The notes beneath the pieces are model-generated. The model saw only the letters and a program-made list of their open reading frames with translations. It was not told the DNA's origin and did not search any database. Below are positions 9,722 to 19,106 of a DNA stretch of 64,000 bases, piece after piece. The stretch's first letter is position 1. Each line of letters begins with the position of its first letter. Origin of the DNA: Acidobacteriota bacterium (GTDB lineage Bacteria; Acidobacteriota; UBA6911; RPQK01; JAJDTT01); the NCBI GenBank assembly GCA_965116695.1, contig OZ220706.1, forward strand, positions 4,547,661 through 4,611,660. Reading direction: 5' to 3'. The translations under genes and the position numbers were made by a program.

Positions 9722-11257
9722 GTGGTTTTCTCGCAATCATGGAGAGTTATTGGTTTCACGGTGGCGTTTTTGCTGGCCTCGACCGGGCCGGTTTCGGCCG
9801 AGGTCCGGTTGCCCGCCGTGATCTCGGAGCACATGCTCCTGCAGCAGGGCGTTCCGGTACGGATTTGGGGGTGGTCCGATCCGGGGGAGACTGTGAAGGT
9901 CCGGTTTCGGGACCGGAGTTACACGGCGGCCGCGCCGTTGCCGGGGGAATCGGGAGACTGGGAAGTGTTCCTGGCCCCCTCGGCGGCCGGCGGCCCCTTT
10001 CGCCTGGAGGTCCGCGGAAGCAATACGATCGTCCTTGAAGACGTCTTGGTGGGGGATGTCTGGGTGGCTTCGGGGCAGTCCAACATGGACTGGTCGGTCC
10101 GGCGTTCCAGGAATCCGGATCAGGAGATCGCTCAGGCCAACTTTCCCAGGATCCGGCTCTTCAAGGTTGCCCGCAACGTGGCCGACGAGCCGCTGGAGAA
10201 CGTGGAAGGGGCATGGCAGCCCTGTTCTCCCAAGTCGGTGGAGCATTTTTCGGCCGTCGGTTACTACTTTGCCCGCCATCTTCACCGGAAGCTGGGTCAT
10301 CCCGTCGGGGTGATTCAGACGGCGTGGGGCGGAACCCCGGCACAGGCCTGGGTCAGCCGGCCTCGCCTCGAGTCCGATCCCACTCTGACCCCCGCTTTGG
10401 AGAAGTGGGAAAAAGTGTTGGCCGAGTATCCGGAACGTCAGAAGGAGCATCTGGCGGAGGTCGCCCGCTGGGAACAGGAGGCCGCGGCCGCCAGGAAAAA
10501 CGGGGAACCGGTGCCCCGCCGGCCCCGGCGTCCGCTGGGTCCCGGCCATCCGTGGACGCCTGGAGGCCTCTTCAACGCCATGATTTCGCCGCTCGTGCCC
10601 TACGCCGTTCGCGGCGCCATCTGGTACCAGGGTGAGACCAACGCTCACCTGGCGGAGGCCCATCTCTACCGCTCTCTTTTCCCGGCGTTGATCCGAGACT
10701 GGAGAACGCACTGGAAAGTGGGGCCGTTCCCCTTCCTGTTCGTCCAGTTGGCCGATTTCCGCAAGACACCCGAAGTCAGCGAATGGCCCGAGCTCCGGGA
10801 AGCCCAGCTCATGACACTGAGCCTAAGGAACACGGCGATGGCGGTCACCGTCGATATCGGCAACCCGGAAGACATCCATCCCAAGAACAAGCAGGACGTG
10901 GGCAAGCGGCTGGCTCTGGCGGCGCGCGCGTTGGCCCACGGCCAGGACCTGGTCTACTCGGGACCGGTCTTTCGCCGGGTCACGCCGGAGGAATCCGGAC
11001 TGCGGATCTGGTTCGACCACGTGGGAGGCGGACTCGAGCGCCGGGGGGGCGATCTGACCGGCTTCGAGGTGGCCGGCGCCGACCGCCGCTTCGTGCCGGC
11101 TTCCGCCCGGATCGATTCCGGGACCGTCGTGGTTTCCAGCCCTGCAGTGGAGCGAGCCGTTGCCGTCCGCTACGGCTGGAGCGACAGCCCTGTCTGTAAT
11201 CTCTACAACGCCGGGGGACTTCCCGCCTCGCCCTTCCGCAGCGACGACTGGGAGTAG
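9722..11257 (+). CDS. sialate O-acetylesterase family (carbohydrate esterase, SGNH-like)
   Basis: Signal peptide. VWVASGQSNMDWSV matches the GQSNM catalytic-serine motif of the sialate 9-O-acetylesterase family. 511 aa. Confidence 0.75.
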   Translation: MVFSQSWRVIGFTVAFLLASTGPVSAEVRLPAVISEHMLLQQGVPVRIWGWSDPGETVKVRFRDRSYTAAAPLPGESGDWEVFLAPSAAGGPFRLEVRGSNTIVLEDVLVGDVWVASGQSNMDWSVRRSRNPDQEIAQANFPRIRLFKVARNVADEPLENVEGAWQPCSPKSVEHFSAVGYYFARHLHRKLGHPVGVIQTAWGGTPAQAWVSRPRLESDPTLTPALEKWEKVLAEYPERQKEHLAEVARWEQEAAAARKNGEPVPRRPRRPLGPGHPWTPGGLFNAMISPLVPYAVRGAIWYQGETNAHLAEAHLYRSLFPALIRDWRTHWKVGPFPFLFVQLADFRKTPEVSEWPELREAQLMTLSLRNTAMAVTVDIGNPEDIHPKNKQDVGKRLALAARALAHGQDLVYSGPVFRRVTPEESGLRIWFDHVGGGLERRGGDLTGFEVAGADRRFVPASARIDSGTVVVSSPAVERAVAVRYGWSDSPVCNLYNAGGLPASPFRSDDWE

Positions 11258-11278
11258 TCCGGTCCGGGCAACGGCGGA

Positions 11279-12304
11279 TCAACCGCTCGAGAAGGCGGGC
11301 ATGACCCGGGTCGCGAAGAGTTCCATGGATTCCAGCATCTCCCGCTGCGGGACCCCCTGGTGCTGGCAGTGGTAAACGAGGGTGTCGGCGCCCATGTCGC
11401 GATAGAAGGCCACCTGCTCGATGCACTCCTCGGGAGTCCCCAGGATGAGCCGGTCCCGGAAATCGTCCAGCCTCCCGTACCTGTAGCGTGCTCCCTCCGG
11501 CGTGTCTTTCATCCAGCCGGAGTAGCGCCGGTACTGCGCCAGCAGCGGTTTCTCCACCAGAGCCCGGGCCCGGGCCCGGCTCCTGGCCACGAACCCCAGG
11601 CGGGCCACCACCAGAGATCCCTGCTTGCCGAACTCGTCCAGGGCGTTTCGATAAACCTGGACCTTTTGCCGGAGTTCCCGCCGGCCGAGGCTGGCGCTGG
11701 GCAACCAGCCGTCCGCCAGCCGCGCCGAACGGCGGACCACCACGTCGGCCGTCCCGCCGATCCAGATGGGCGGACGGGGTTTCCGGACCGGCAGCGGACC
11801 GATGCGGACGTCTCGACAGCGGAAGAACTTCCCCTGGAAAGTGACCGACTCGCCGGCCCAGAGCCGGGAGATCACCTCCAGGTTCTCCAGGAACCGGCCC
11901 CGCCGTTGGCGCGGCAGCACGTCTGAAATGGCCAGCTCCTCCTCCCGGTAACCCAGAACCAGGCCGAAGATGAGCCGCCCGCCCGAAATCACGTCCACAT
12001 GCGCCGCCTGCTCGGCCAGCAGGATCGGGTTGTAGATGGGGAGGATGAATCCGCTGGAGCAGAGCTGGATCCGCCTGGTGACCGGCGCCAGGGCGGCCAG
12101 GGTGGTGAGCATCTCGTGGAATCCGGAAGGCCAGAGGTGCCGGTCGCCCAGGCAGACCAGGTCGAAGCCCAGTTCCTCCGCCACCTGCACCCTCTCCCGA
12201 AGCTGGTCGAAACTGGCCTGTCCGGTGTCGGTGAAGGTCTGCCCGAGAATGATGCCGAAGTTCATACCCGCCCCGTTCGCCGGCTGTGCTCTCCGCACCG
12301 GCAT
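11279..12304 (-). CDS. LLM-class (luciferase-like) flavin-dependent oxidoreductase
   Basis: MNFGIILGQTF...FDLVCLGDRHLW... fits the pattern of F420/FMN-dependent LLM monooxygenases. 341 aa. Confidence 0.65.
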   Translation of the reverse strand: MPVRRAQPANGAGMNFGIILGQTFTDTGQASFDQLRERVQVAEELGFDLVCLGDRHLWPSGFHEMLTTLAALAPVTRRIQLCSSGFILPIYNPILLAEQAAHVDVISGGRLIFGLVLGYREEELAISDVLPRQRRGRFLENLEVISRLWAGESVTFQGKFFRCRDVRIGPLPVRKPRPPIWIGGTADVVVRRSARLADGWLPSASLGRRELRQKVQVYRNALDEFGKQGSLVVARLGFVARSRARARALVEKPLLAQYRRYSGWMKDTPEGARYRYGRLDDFRDRLILGTPEECIEQVAFYRDMGADTLVYHCQHQGVPQREMLESMELFATRVMPAFSSG

Positions 12305-12422
12305 CCGGGATGCCGGTGGAGCAATGGGCCGCTATTCTACTGAAGGGGAGGACGGGAGGGTATCCTGGCGGCCTGGGACTCCGTTGGTCCGGGGTGCTTA
12401 ACCGAGGGGCACGAGGCAAAGA

Positions 12423-14258
12423 GTGACGGCGATACTGGGAATCTCGGCGTTTTACCACGACTCGGCCGCGGCTCTGGTCCGGGACGGCGAGATCGTGGCG
12501 GCGGCCCAGGAGGAGCGTTTCAGCCGGAAGAAGCATGACGCCTCCTTCCCCGCACAGGCCATCGAGTACTGCCTGGAGGAAGCCGGTCTCACGGCGGGCG
12601 AGCTGGACTACGTGGGCTTTTACGACAAGCCCCTGATGAAGTTCGAAAGGTTGCTGGAGACCTACCTCGCCTATGCTCCCAGGGGATTCTCCTCGTTCGT
12701 GAAGGCGATGCCGGTCTGGCTCCGGGAGAAGCTTCACCTCCCGGGACAGATGACCCGGGGGCTCGGCGGAGCCTACCGCAAGCGGTTCGTCTTCACCGAG
12801 CATCACGAATCCCACGCGGCCAGCGCCTTCTTCCCCTCACCCTTCCGGGACGCCGCCATCCTGACCGTAGACGGGGTGGGGGAGTGGGCCACCGCCGCGT
12901 ACGGCACCGGAGAAGACAACCGGATCCGGCTGACCCACGAGCTTCGCTTTCCCCATTCTCCCGGTCTTCTCTATTCCGCCTTCACCTACTTCTGCGGGTT
13001 CCGGGTGAATTCGGGGGAGTACAAGCTCATGGGGTTGGCGCCCTATGGGGAGCCCCGGTACGTGGATCTGATTCTGACGCGTCTCGTCGACCTGAAGGAG
13101 GACGGCTCCTTCCGCATGGACATGTCCTACTTCAACTACTGCCAGGGCCTGACCATGACTTCCCGCAGGTTCGAGCGCCTCTTCGGCGGAGCGCCCCGTC
13201 AGCCCGAGTCGCCGCTGACGCAGCGGGAGATGGACCTGGCCGCCTCCATCCAGCGGGTCATGGAGGAGATCCTGCTGCGGATGGCCCGCCACGTCCACGC
13301 CCGGACCGGGCTGTCGCACCTCTGCCTGGCCGGCGGCGTCGCCCTCAACTGCGTGGCGAACGGCCGCATTCTCCGTGAAGGACCCTTCAACGAGATCTGG
13401 GTCCAGCCAGCGGCCGGAGACGCCGGCGGCGCCCTGGGCACGGCCCTTTTCATCTGGCACCAGTTGCTGGGGAACCGGCGCGACGCGCGGACGCCCGACG
13501 GCCAGGAGGGCTCGCTTCTGGGTCCCTCCTATGCGGATGCGGAGATCCGGTCCTTTCTGGACTCGGCGGGCGCCGACTACGACCAGGTCGACGACCCCGA
13601 CGAGCTGGTGCGGCGGGTGGCCCAGGCCATGGCCGATCAGAAGGTGGTGGGGTGGATGCAGGGGCGCATGGAATTCGGACCCCGCGCCCTGGGATCCCGG
13701 AGCATCCTGGGAGACGCCAGGAGCAGCCGGATGCAATCGGTGATGAACCTCAAGATCAAGTTTCGGGAGTCATTCCGGCCCTTCGCTCCGTCGGTCATGC
13801 GCGAGCGCGTGGACGAGTATTTCCAGATGCGGCCCAAAGAAGACAGTCCCTACATGCTGTTGGTGGCGCCGGTGCAGGATTCCAAGAGGGTCGCCTCCGA
13901 TGGAAAGATCAAGTTGACCGGACTGGACAAGCTGAACGTGGCCCGCTCCGTCGTCCCGGCCATCACCCACGTGGACCACTCGGCCCGGGTGCAGACCGTC
14001 GACTCGGAGAGGCACGGGGCCTACTACCGGCTGCTGCGGGAGTTCGAACGGATGACCGGATGTCCGGTGGTCATCAACACCAGCTTCAACGTCCGGGGCG
14101 AGCCCATCGTCTGTTCGCCGGAGCAGGCCTACCGCTGTTTCATGTCCACCAACATGGACGTGCTGGTCATGGAGAATTTCATCCTGCTCAAGGAGAGGCA
14201 GCCACAGGCCCGCGAATACGAAGTGGGCGCCTATCTGGCCCAGTTCGAACTGGACTAG
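12423..14258 (+). CDS. carbamoyltransferase (NodU/CmcH family)
   Basis: N-terminal ILGISAFYHDSAAALVRDGEIVAAAQEERFSRKKHD is diagnostic of NodU/HypF-type carbamoyltransferases. 611 aa. GTG start. Confidence 0.85.
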   Translation: MTAILGISAFYHDSAAALVRDGEIVAAAQEERFSRKKHDASFPAQAIEYCLEEAGLTAGELDYVGFYDKPLMKFERLLETYLAYAPRGFSSFVKAMPVWLREKLHLPGQMTRGLGGAYRKRFVFTEHHESHAASAFFPSPFRDAAILTVDGVGEWATAAYGTGEDNRIRLTHELRFPHSPGLLYSAFTYFCGFRVNSGEYKLMGLAPYGEPRYVDLILTRLVDLKEDGSFRMDMSYFNYCQGLTMTSRRFERLFGGAPRQPESPLTQREMDLAASIQRVMEEILLRMARHVHARTGLSHLCLAGGVALNCVANGRILREGPFNEIWVQPAAGDAGGALGTALFIWHQLLGNRRDARTPDGQEGSLLGPSYADAEIRSFLDSAGADYDQVDDPDELVRRVAQAMADQKVVGWMQGRMEFGPRALGSRSILGDARSSRMQSVMNLKIKFRESFRPFAPSVMRERVDEYFQMRPKEDSPYMLLVAPVQDSKRVASDGKIKLTGLDKLNVARSVVPAITHVDHSARVQTVDSERHGAYYRLLREFERMTGCPVVINTSFNVRGEPIVCSPEQAYRCFMSTNMDVLVMENFILLKERQPQAREYEVGAYLAQFELD

Positions 14259-14338
14259 CCATTCCCTCGCGTGGTCAGGCCTTGCACTGAACTGTGTCTC
14301 CGCCATGAATCCTCCGGACCTTATCGGCTCTGATCGAC

Positions 14339-14788
14339 CTAAGCGGATCTGATCCAAACACGATTCAGGTGATCGAAGTCTTTGTCGGTCGACAGGAGCA
14401 TGGCCCTGGTTTCATGCGCAGTCGCTGCAATCCAAAGATCATTTTGTGTCATTGGGATTGCCGGTCGTGGTGGAGGGGTCTGGATGGAAGTGGCGACAGG
14501 CTTCCCGTGGGTCCAGGCATCAATCAGGGCATACGCACTCAATATGCCTCTGTTGCTAATGTCGACCGTAGGAAAATCCTCCAGAACTTGCTCTAGCTGT
14601 AACCGTTTGTTCCTACCCCAGCCATTCTTTTCGGCAAGCGCAAGAAGCTCACCCCGGCAGATGATGGAAGTAAAGACCATCGTTTCCCTGTCCCTCAGGT
14701 CGAACATCTGACGGGCCCGAATTGCCCATGGCGCTTCCCGAACGAAACCTAGCAACATGCCCGTATCCAGCAGATATCGTCGTGCCAT
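14339..14788 (-). CDS. PIN-domain ribonuclease (VapC-like toxin)
   Basis: YLLDTGMLLGF near the N-terminus, plus NDLWIAATAHE and LLSTDKDFDHL, carry the conserved acidic residues of PIN. Its start overlaps the upstream gene by 10 nt. Confidence 0.8.
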   Translation of the reverse strand: MARRYLLDTGMLLGFVREAPWAIRARQMFDLRDRETMVFTSIICRGELLALAEKNGWGRNKRLQLEQVLEDFPTVDISNRGILSAYALIDAWTHGKPVATSIQTPPPRPAIPMTQNDLWIAATAHETRAMLLSTDKDFDHLNRVWIRSA

Positions 14789-14796
14789 CTACTGGA

Positions 14797-15750
14797 TCAA
14801 TCGAGTTGGGCCAGAAGTTCTTCGATGGGCTCGTCGCCCGGCCACGCCCCCGCGAGCAACATGGGATCGGTGGATCGAAAACGGCGTTTTCGCTGAACCG
14901 TAACAGGGGCAAGCGTCTCCTCGCCTTCCGCTGTTGGGATTTCTTCGAACACTTTGTCTCCTTCAGCACGGCCAATAATTCGACGCGCCTCAATCCATCG
15001 CGCCTGTCCGTTCGCTTTGAAGTGAACCAGCCCCTCTACGGTAGTCGGATTTCCCCAAAGCGGGCGCAGGACCTCGGTGTCCAGCAAGTCTGGGTGCAAC
15101 CTTCCAATGAGGTGATCGTTCCGGCCGAGCAATAGGCGAAAACGGCCACCGGCGTATTTAATCTCGTCCAGTCTGCCGCTCACAATGTATGACCTGGGTG
15201 GCGGGATGCTCCTTAACCGCTCGGATACCTGTGTACAGACGTGCTCATCCAACACGAATCCCGAGCCTGTCGATCCCTGCGGACTCAACTCGTAACGGAT
15301 TCCCGGGGTGCCCGCGACTGTTTTGAACCTGAGAATTGCTTTCAAGACGTTGGCGTCAAAATGGTCGCCCGGGGATTCGGCCGACGTGGCTTCTTCAATC
15401 GCGCGTGCCGCAATGTCGAGCGACGTATCGTCGAGACTCGGCTTGTCTTGCCATAGCTCCTGTTGCGCAATCTCGCCATACGCCGTCTCACGAAATCGGG
15501 GCGCCTCGATTTCGAGAATCGTCGAGCCGGAGTTCAATCCAGTGACCGTGAAGTTGACGCTTGCTTGAAGCCATTTGGGTTTCCGGCCCTTCCCGCCGCT
15601 CTGCCCGGTGACGGTCAAACGCGTGGCTCGTTCTCCCATCTGCATTAAAGCATCCAGAATACGGCACAGGCTTGCCGCCTTGATCTGCCCGTTGGGTTCT
15701 GGGAGGCCGCTGAGGCGCAATTGATACTGTTGCGTGTTCACTGCAAGCAC
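14797..15750 (-). CDS. unknown 317-aa protein, translationally coupled to the PIN toxin; C-terminus is antitoxin-like
   Basis: No recognisable domain in the N-terminal ~270 aa. The C-terminal tail ...LLAGAWPGDEPIEELLAQLD resembles the toxin-binding tails of VapB/MazE-type antitoxins. Its stop overlaps the PIN start. Confidence 0.45.
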   Translation of the reverse strand: MLAVNTQQYQLRLSGLPEPNGQIKAASLCRILDALMQMGERATRLTVTGQSGGKGRKPKWLQASVNFTVTGLNSGSTILEIEAPRFRETAYGEIAQQELWQDKPSLDDTSLDIAARAIEEATSAESPGDHFDANVLKAILRFKTVAGTPGIRYELSPQGSTGSGFVLDEHVCTQVSERLRSIPPPRSYIVSGRLDEIKYAGGRFRLLLGRNDHLIGRLHPDLLDTEVLRPLWGNPTTVEGLVHFKANGQARWIEARRIIGRAEGDKVFEEIPTAEGEETLAPVTVQRKRRFRSTDPMLLAGAWPGDEPIEELLAQLD

Positions 15751-15851
15751 TCCTTTCCCTGATGCGTTGGATTTTGGACTAGTATAACTTCGACTTGGCG
15801 CTGCTGCCGGCGGTCAAGCAGGGAGCCAGGGCTTCCGTATCCAGCAGCGAT

Positions 15852-16103
15852 TCACGCGCGATTCCGAAGAGATTCCAGGATGTACTCTCGGTGTCGTGTC
15901 GCCAAGTCGGGGATTCCGGAGTCGAGAGAACCCAAAAGGTCGCTGACCTGTTGGGCCGAATAGAGGACTCCGGGGTCGGTATGGAGGAATTGGCGTAGCG
16001 CTGACCTTACTGATTCCGAGGGGCTGAGACCCAGCTTTTGGGAAGCAAGTGCTATTCCTTCACTCAGATCGGCGGGAAAACGCACGGTCACTCGTCGCGG
16101 CAT
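15852..16103 (-). CDS. ribbon-helix-helix (CopG/Arc-like) DNA-binding protein
   Basis: RVTVRFPADLSEGIALASQKLGLSPSESVRSALRQFL matches the beta-strand plus two helices of an RHH domain. 83 aa. Confidence 0.65.
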   Translation of the reverse strand: MPRRVTVRFPADLSEGIALASQKLGLSPSESVRSALRQFLHTDPGVLYSAQQVSDLLGSLDSGIPDLATRHREYILESLRNRA

Positions 16104-16245
16104 GCGTTACATTGTAAGGCACGACGCGGGAGAAGAACTCAACGGTGATTGGCGTCATCGCTCGTTTCTCTTGCAACCAACTCCCATGCGAGTCTTCGTT
16201 CGGGAATGGGTCGGGTCTGGAGAGGATCATTCGGAAGGGAGAATC

Positions 16246-17358
16246 ATGAGAGTCAACAGAAGGAACTTCGTCCGGGCGGCTGCGGCTGCCGGGGTGCTGC
16301 AGAAGGCGGGAGTGGAGCGAACTGTCTCGGCGGAAACCGGGACCCGGCGAATGCGGGTCACCGCCTTTCCGCGCGCTGTCGGGAGGGACCCTTCGCCGTT
16401 GTCGAAGGCGGCCCTGCGCCACGTGCGGCAGATGGGGGTCCGGGACATTCGGATCGTCTCCTCCTGGGTACCGGCCTACAACCGGGACGGCGAGATGGAC
16501 CTGGACGAGCTGCTGCGGGTCAAACGGCGCGCCGAGAGCGTGGGACTCAAGATCGGCGCCGTCTATCTCCGCAAGGTGGACACCGCCAACCTGCTCCTGG
16601 GCCGCCCCGGATGGAAGCAGGAGCTGGAGAAGATCTCCCGGACCATCGAGACCATGGGGAAGGCGGGGATTCCGATTCTGGAACACAGTCTCCTGCTCTC
16701 CCGGGTCACCCGGGATGTCTTCAATCTTCCGCTGCCCGGCTATCGGCACGTTCTCGAAGGGAGGGGCGGATACCTGATGTACCGGTTCGACGGGACGGGG
16801 ACCGAGGAGCATGGCCGGCCCGCCGGCTCCATCTCCTCCGATCAGTTGTGGGAGCGGATCACCCGCTTTCAGGAACACTGCATCCCGGTGGCTTCCGAAG
16901 CCCGTGTCCACGTGGCCTGCCACCCCGACGATCCGCCGTCGGCCCGTTACTGGGGAGTCACTCAGGCGCTCAACAGCAAGGAGGGCCTGGACCGTCTCAT
17001 CAACATCGTTCCCAGCAAGTACAACGGCATCCTCCTCTGCCTGGGGACGATGCAGGAGTCCGGGGCCGACGTCATCGACCTGATCCGCTATTTCGGAGGC
17101 AAGAAAAAGATCTTCGACATCGATTTCCGGGCCGTCCGGGGGACCGTCCCCAACTACGACGAGGTCTTCCTGGATGAAGGGGATCTGGACATGTGGAAGG
17201 TGGTCCAGGTGCTCCGGGACGTAGGCTACGAGTGGACTCTGGAGCCGGACCACGTCCCCGGTTTCACTGCCGAAAAAAAGGGCGACCTGGCCTCCTATGC
17301 CTGGGCCATCGCCTACATCAAGGCTCTGATCGCCGCCGCCTACGGCGAGAGGGTGTGA
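16246..17358 (+). CDS. uxuA: mannonate dehydratase-like TIM-barrel protein with Tat signal
   Basis: Twin-arginine signal MRVNRRNFVRAAAAAG. The C-terminal LEPDHVPG and overall length fit the UxuA/xylose-isomerase-like fold. The frame is open from 16102, but the ATG at 16246 is the more likely start. Confidence 0.5.
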   Translation: MRVNRRNFVRAAAAAGVLQKAGVERTVSAETGTRRMRVTAFPRAVGRDPSPLSKAALRHVRQMGVRDIRIVSSWVPAYNRDGEMDLDELLRVKRRAESVGLKIGAVYLRKVDTANLLLGRPGWKQELEKISRTIETMGKAGIPILEHSLLLSRVTRDVFNLPLPGYRHVLEGRGGYLMYRFDGTGTEEHGRPAGSISSDQLWERITRFQEHCIPVASEARVHVACHPDDPPSARYWGVTQALNSKEGLDRLINIVPSKYNGILLCLGTMQESGADVIDLIRYFGGKKKIFDIDFRAVRGTVPNYDEVFLDEGDLDMWKVVQVLRDVGYEWTLEPDHVPGFTAEKKGDLASYAWAIAYIKALIAAAYGERV

Positions 17359-17400
17359 GAGCCGGATCCGAGTTTGGGTCGTCGACCCGACGGCGGCAGG

Positions 17401-18478
17401 TCAATCCTTTTCCACGACCCAGATGTTTCGATAACGAACCGGGTTGCCGTGGTCCTGCAAGTAGATGGGTCCCGGTTCGCCTTCCTCGAATCTGAGCCCG
17501 TCCGATTCGGGGGGCAGCCGCGGCAGCACGACCCGGTCGTGGATCAGGACTCCGTTGTGACGAACCGTCATCGTCGCCGGGGAGATCTTCTTTCCCGCCG
17601 GGTCGAACCTGACCCGGGTGAACTCGATGTCGTAGGTCTGCCAGGAGAGCGGCGGGAACGACATATTGATCCGGGGCCCCACCATTTCGTGGATGCCTCC
17701 GGCGCGGCCGAACTTGGACAGCCGCTCGAACTTGCGGTTCTCGTGGTGCCAACCGAAGGAATCGACGATCTGCACCTCCCATTCCCGCTTGACGTAGACT
17801 CCGCTGTTGCCCCGCTTCATGCCCCGCGCCGTCGGCATGAAGGGGCAGCGGAACTCCAGGTGGATCCGGACGCTGCCGAACTTCCGCTTGGAAGTGGTCC
17901 CCGCGTCCAGCAGTCCATCCTCGACGAGGCGGCCGTCTTCCCACTCCCCGATCCCTGAACCGTCGAACAGCACGAGGGCACCGGCGGGCGGCTCGGCGCC
18001 CAGCGTCGGGGATTCTCGAATCACCTTCTCCAGACGGAATTCAACACTGTCCGCGCGCCCGTGAAAGGTGTGAGCCTCGCCGGTGAAGACGCCGTCCCGG
18101 ATGGAGCCCCGGAAGTTGGAACTGGCGAACTTGAGGCGTTCGCCGTGAATGCCGTGGAAGACGGTGCGGCCGTCCTCCCGGGTCTTGCCCCCGATGTGGG
18201 AGACGGTGCTCTCGTCCCAGCCGGCTCCCGGAAGGCCCCCGGCAAAGACGACTCCCTGGAATTCGTGGTTCCCCAGGGCGATCACCTGAATGCCGATCGG
18301 GAAGCCGGAGCCCACGTTGCCGGCGTATTCACCTTGGACCTGGAAGTCGGGTCCCGCCTCGGCCGGATCCGTGAACGTGGGGAGTTCCGCCGCCAAGCCA
18401 GTCGAGGAATGATTGCCGGAAGTTGTCCAGGCGATCACCAGGACCAGTCCGACCAGGAGGGGGCGCCGTATCCGCACG
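17401..18478 (-). CDS. DUF1080 (3-keto-disaccharide hydrolase-like) secreted protein
   Basis: C-terminal IYLQDHGNPVRYRNIWV is the hallmark of DUF1080 LamG-like hydrolases. An internal signal peptide fits a GTG start near 18478; the longer ORF runs into the neighbouring gene. Confidence 0.7.
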
Positions 18479-18494
18479 ATCCGCGTTCCGGTCG

Positions 18495-18929
18495 TCAGCG
18501 CATCAGCTCCTCGGCCCGCCGGGCCAGCTCCTCGGGAGTCAGATCCTCCTGGTGAGTGGCGATGCACCAAGTGTTGCCGGCCGGGTCTTTGACCACGGCA
18601 TTGCGGTCTCCGTAGAACATGTCCGTCGGTTCCTGCACGGACTTCGCCCCGGCCTCCAGCGCCTGTGTGTAGGTGGCGTCGGTGTCCGGCACATAGAGGT
18701 AGATCATGCAGAGGGTGACGGGCCACCCCTGGTGCGCGCTTCCCGTCATCACATGCGAATCGCCGATAAGGACCTCGGCGTGCGCCGTCTGTCCGTCCTG
18801 GCCGGGCATCCGTTCCTTCTCCGTAGCGCCGAATGCCGCCTTGAGGAAATCGAGGAACTCGTCGACGTCGGCGACGACGATGTATGGCGTCACCGTGTGG
18901 TAACCATCGGGAACGGGTTTCACGGTCAT
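18495..18929 (-). CDS. VOC/glyoxalase-family protein (PhnB-like)
   Basis: MTVKPVPDGYHTVTPYIVV...GNTWCIATH fits the glyoxalase/bleomycin-resistance fold. The start is taken at the internal Met. Confidence 0.65.
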   Translation of the reverse strand: MTVKPVPDGYHTVTPYIVVADVDEFLDFLKAAFGATEKERMPGQDGQTAHAEVLIGDSHVMTGSAHQGWPVTLCMIYLYVPDTDATYTQALEAGAKSVQEPTDMFYGDRNAVVKDPAGNTWCIATHQEDLTPEELARRAEELMR

Positions 18930-19106
18930 GGAAACGTTCTCCTGTTCACGGCTGTTGCAGTTCGGTATCGACAGGGCACTGAGATTATCCGACCCTTTAC
19001 ATTCCAACAAGGGAGTGTCCGGCATCGCCAGCAACCTCGACATTTCAAGGAGCTACCGCTAGCCGGCTCACGGTCAGGCCGTATTCGTCATATACTCGAC
19101 GACTCC

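Noticed and set aside
10980-12815. 611-aa minus-strand ORF across the esterase, LLM and carbamoyltransferase genes
   Set aside because: Shadow ORF. It overlaps three well-supported genes on both strands and has Arg/Pro/Gly-dominated composition.
16060-17253. 397-aa minus-strand ORF opposite the uxuA-like gene
   Set aside because: Shadow ORF. The plus-strand gene has a Tat signal and TIM-barrel motifs.
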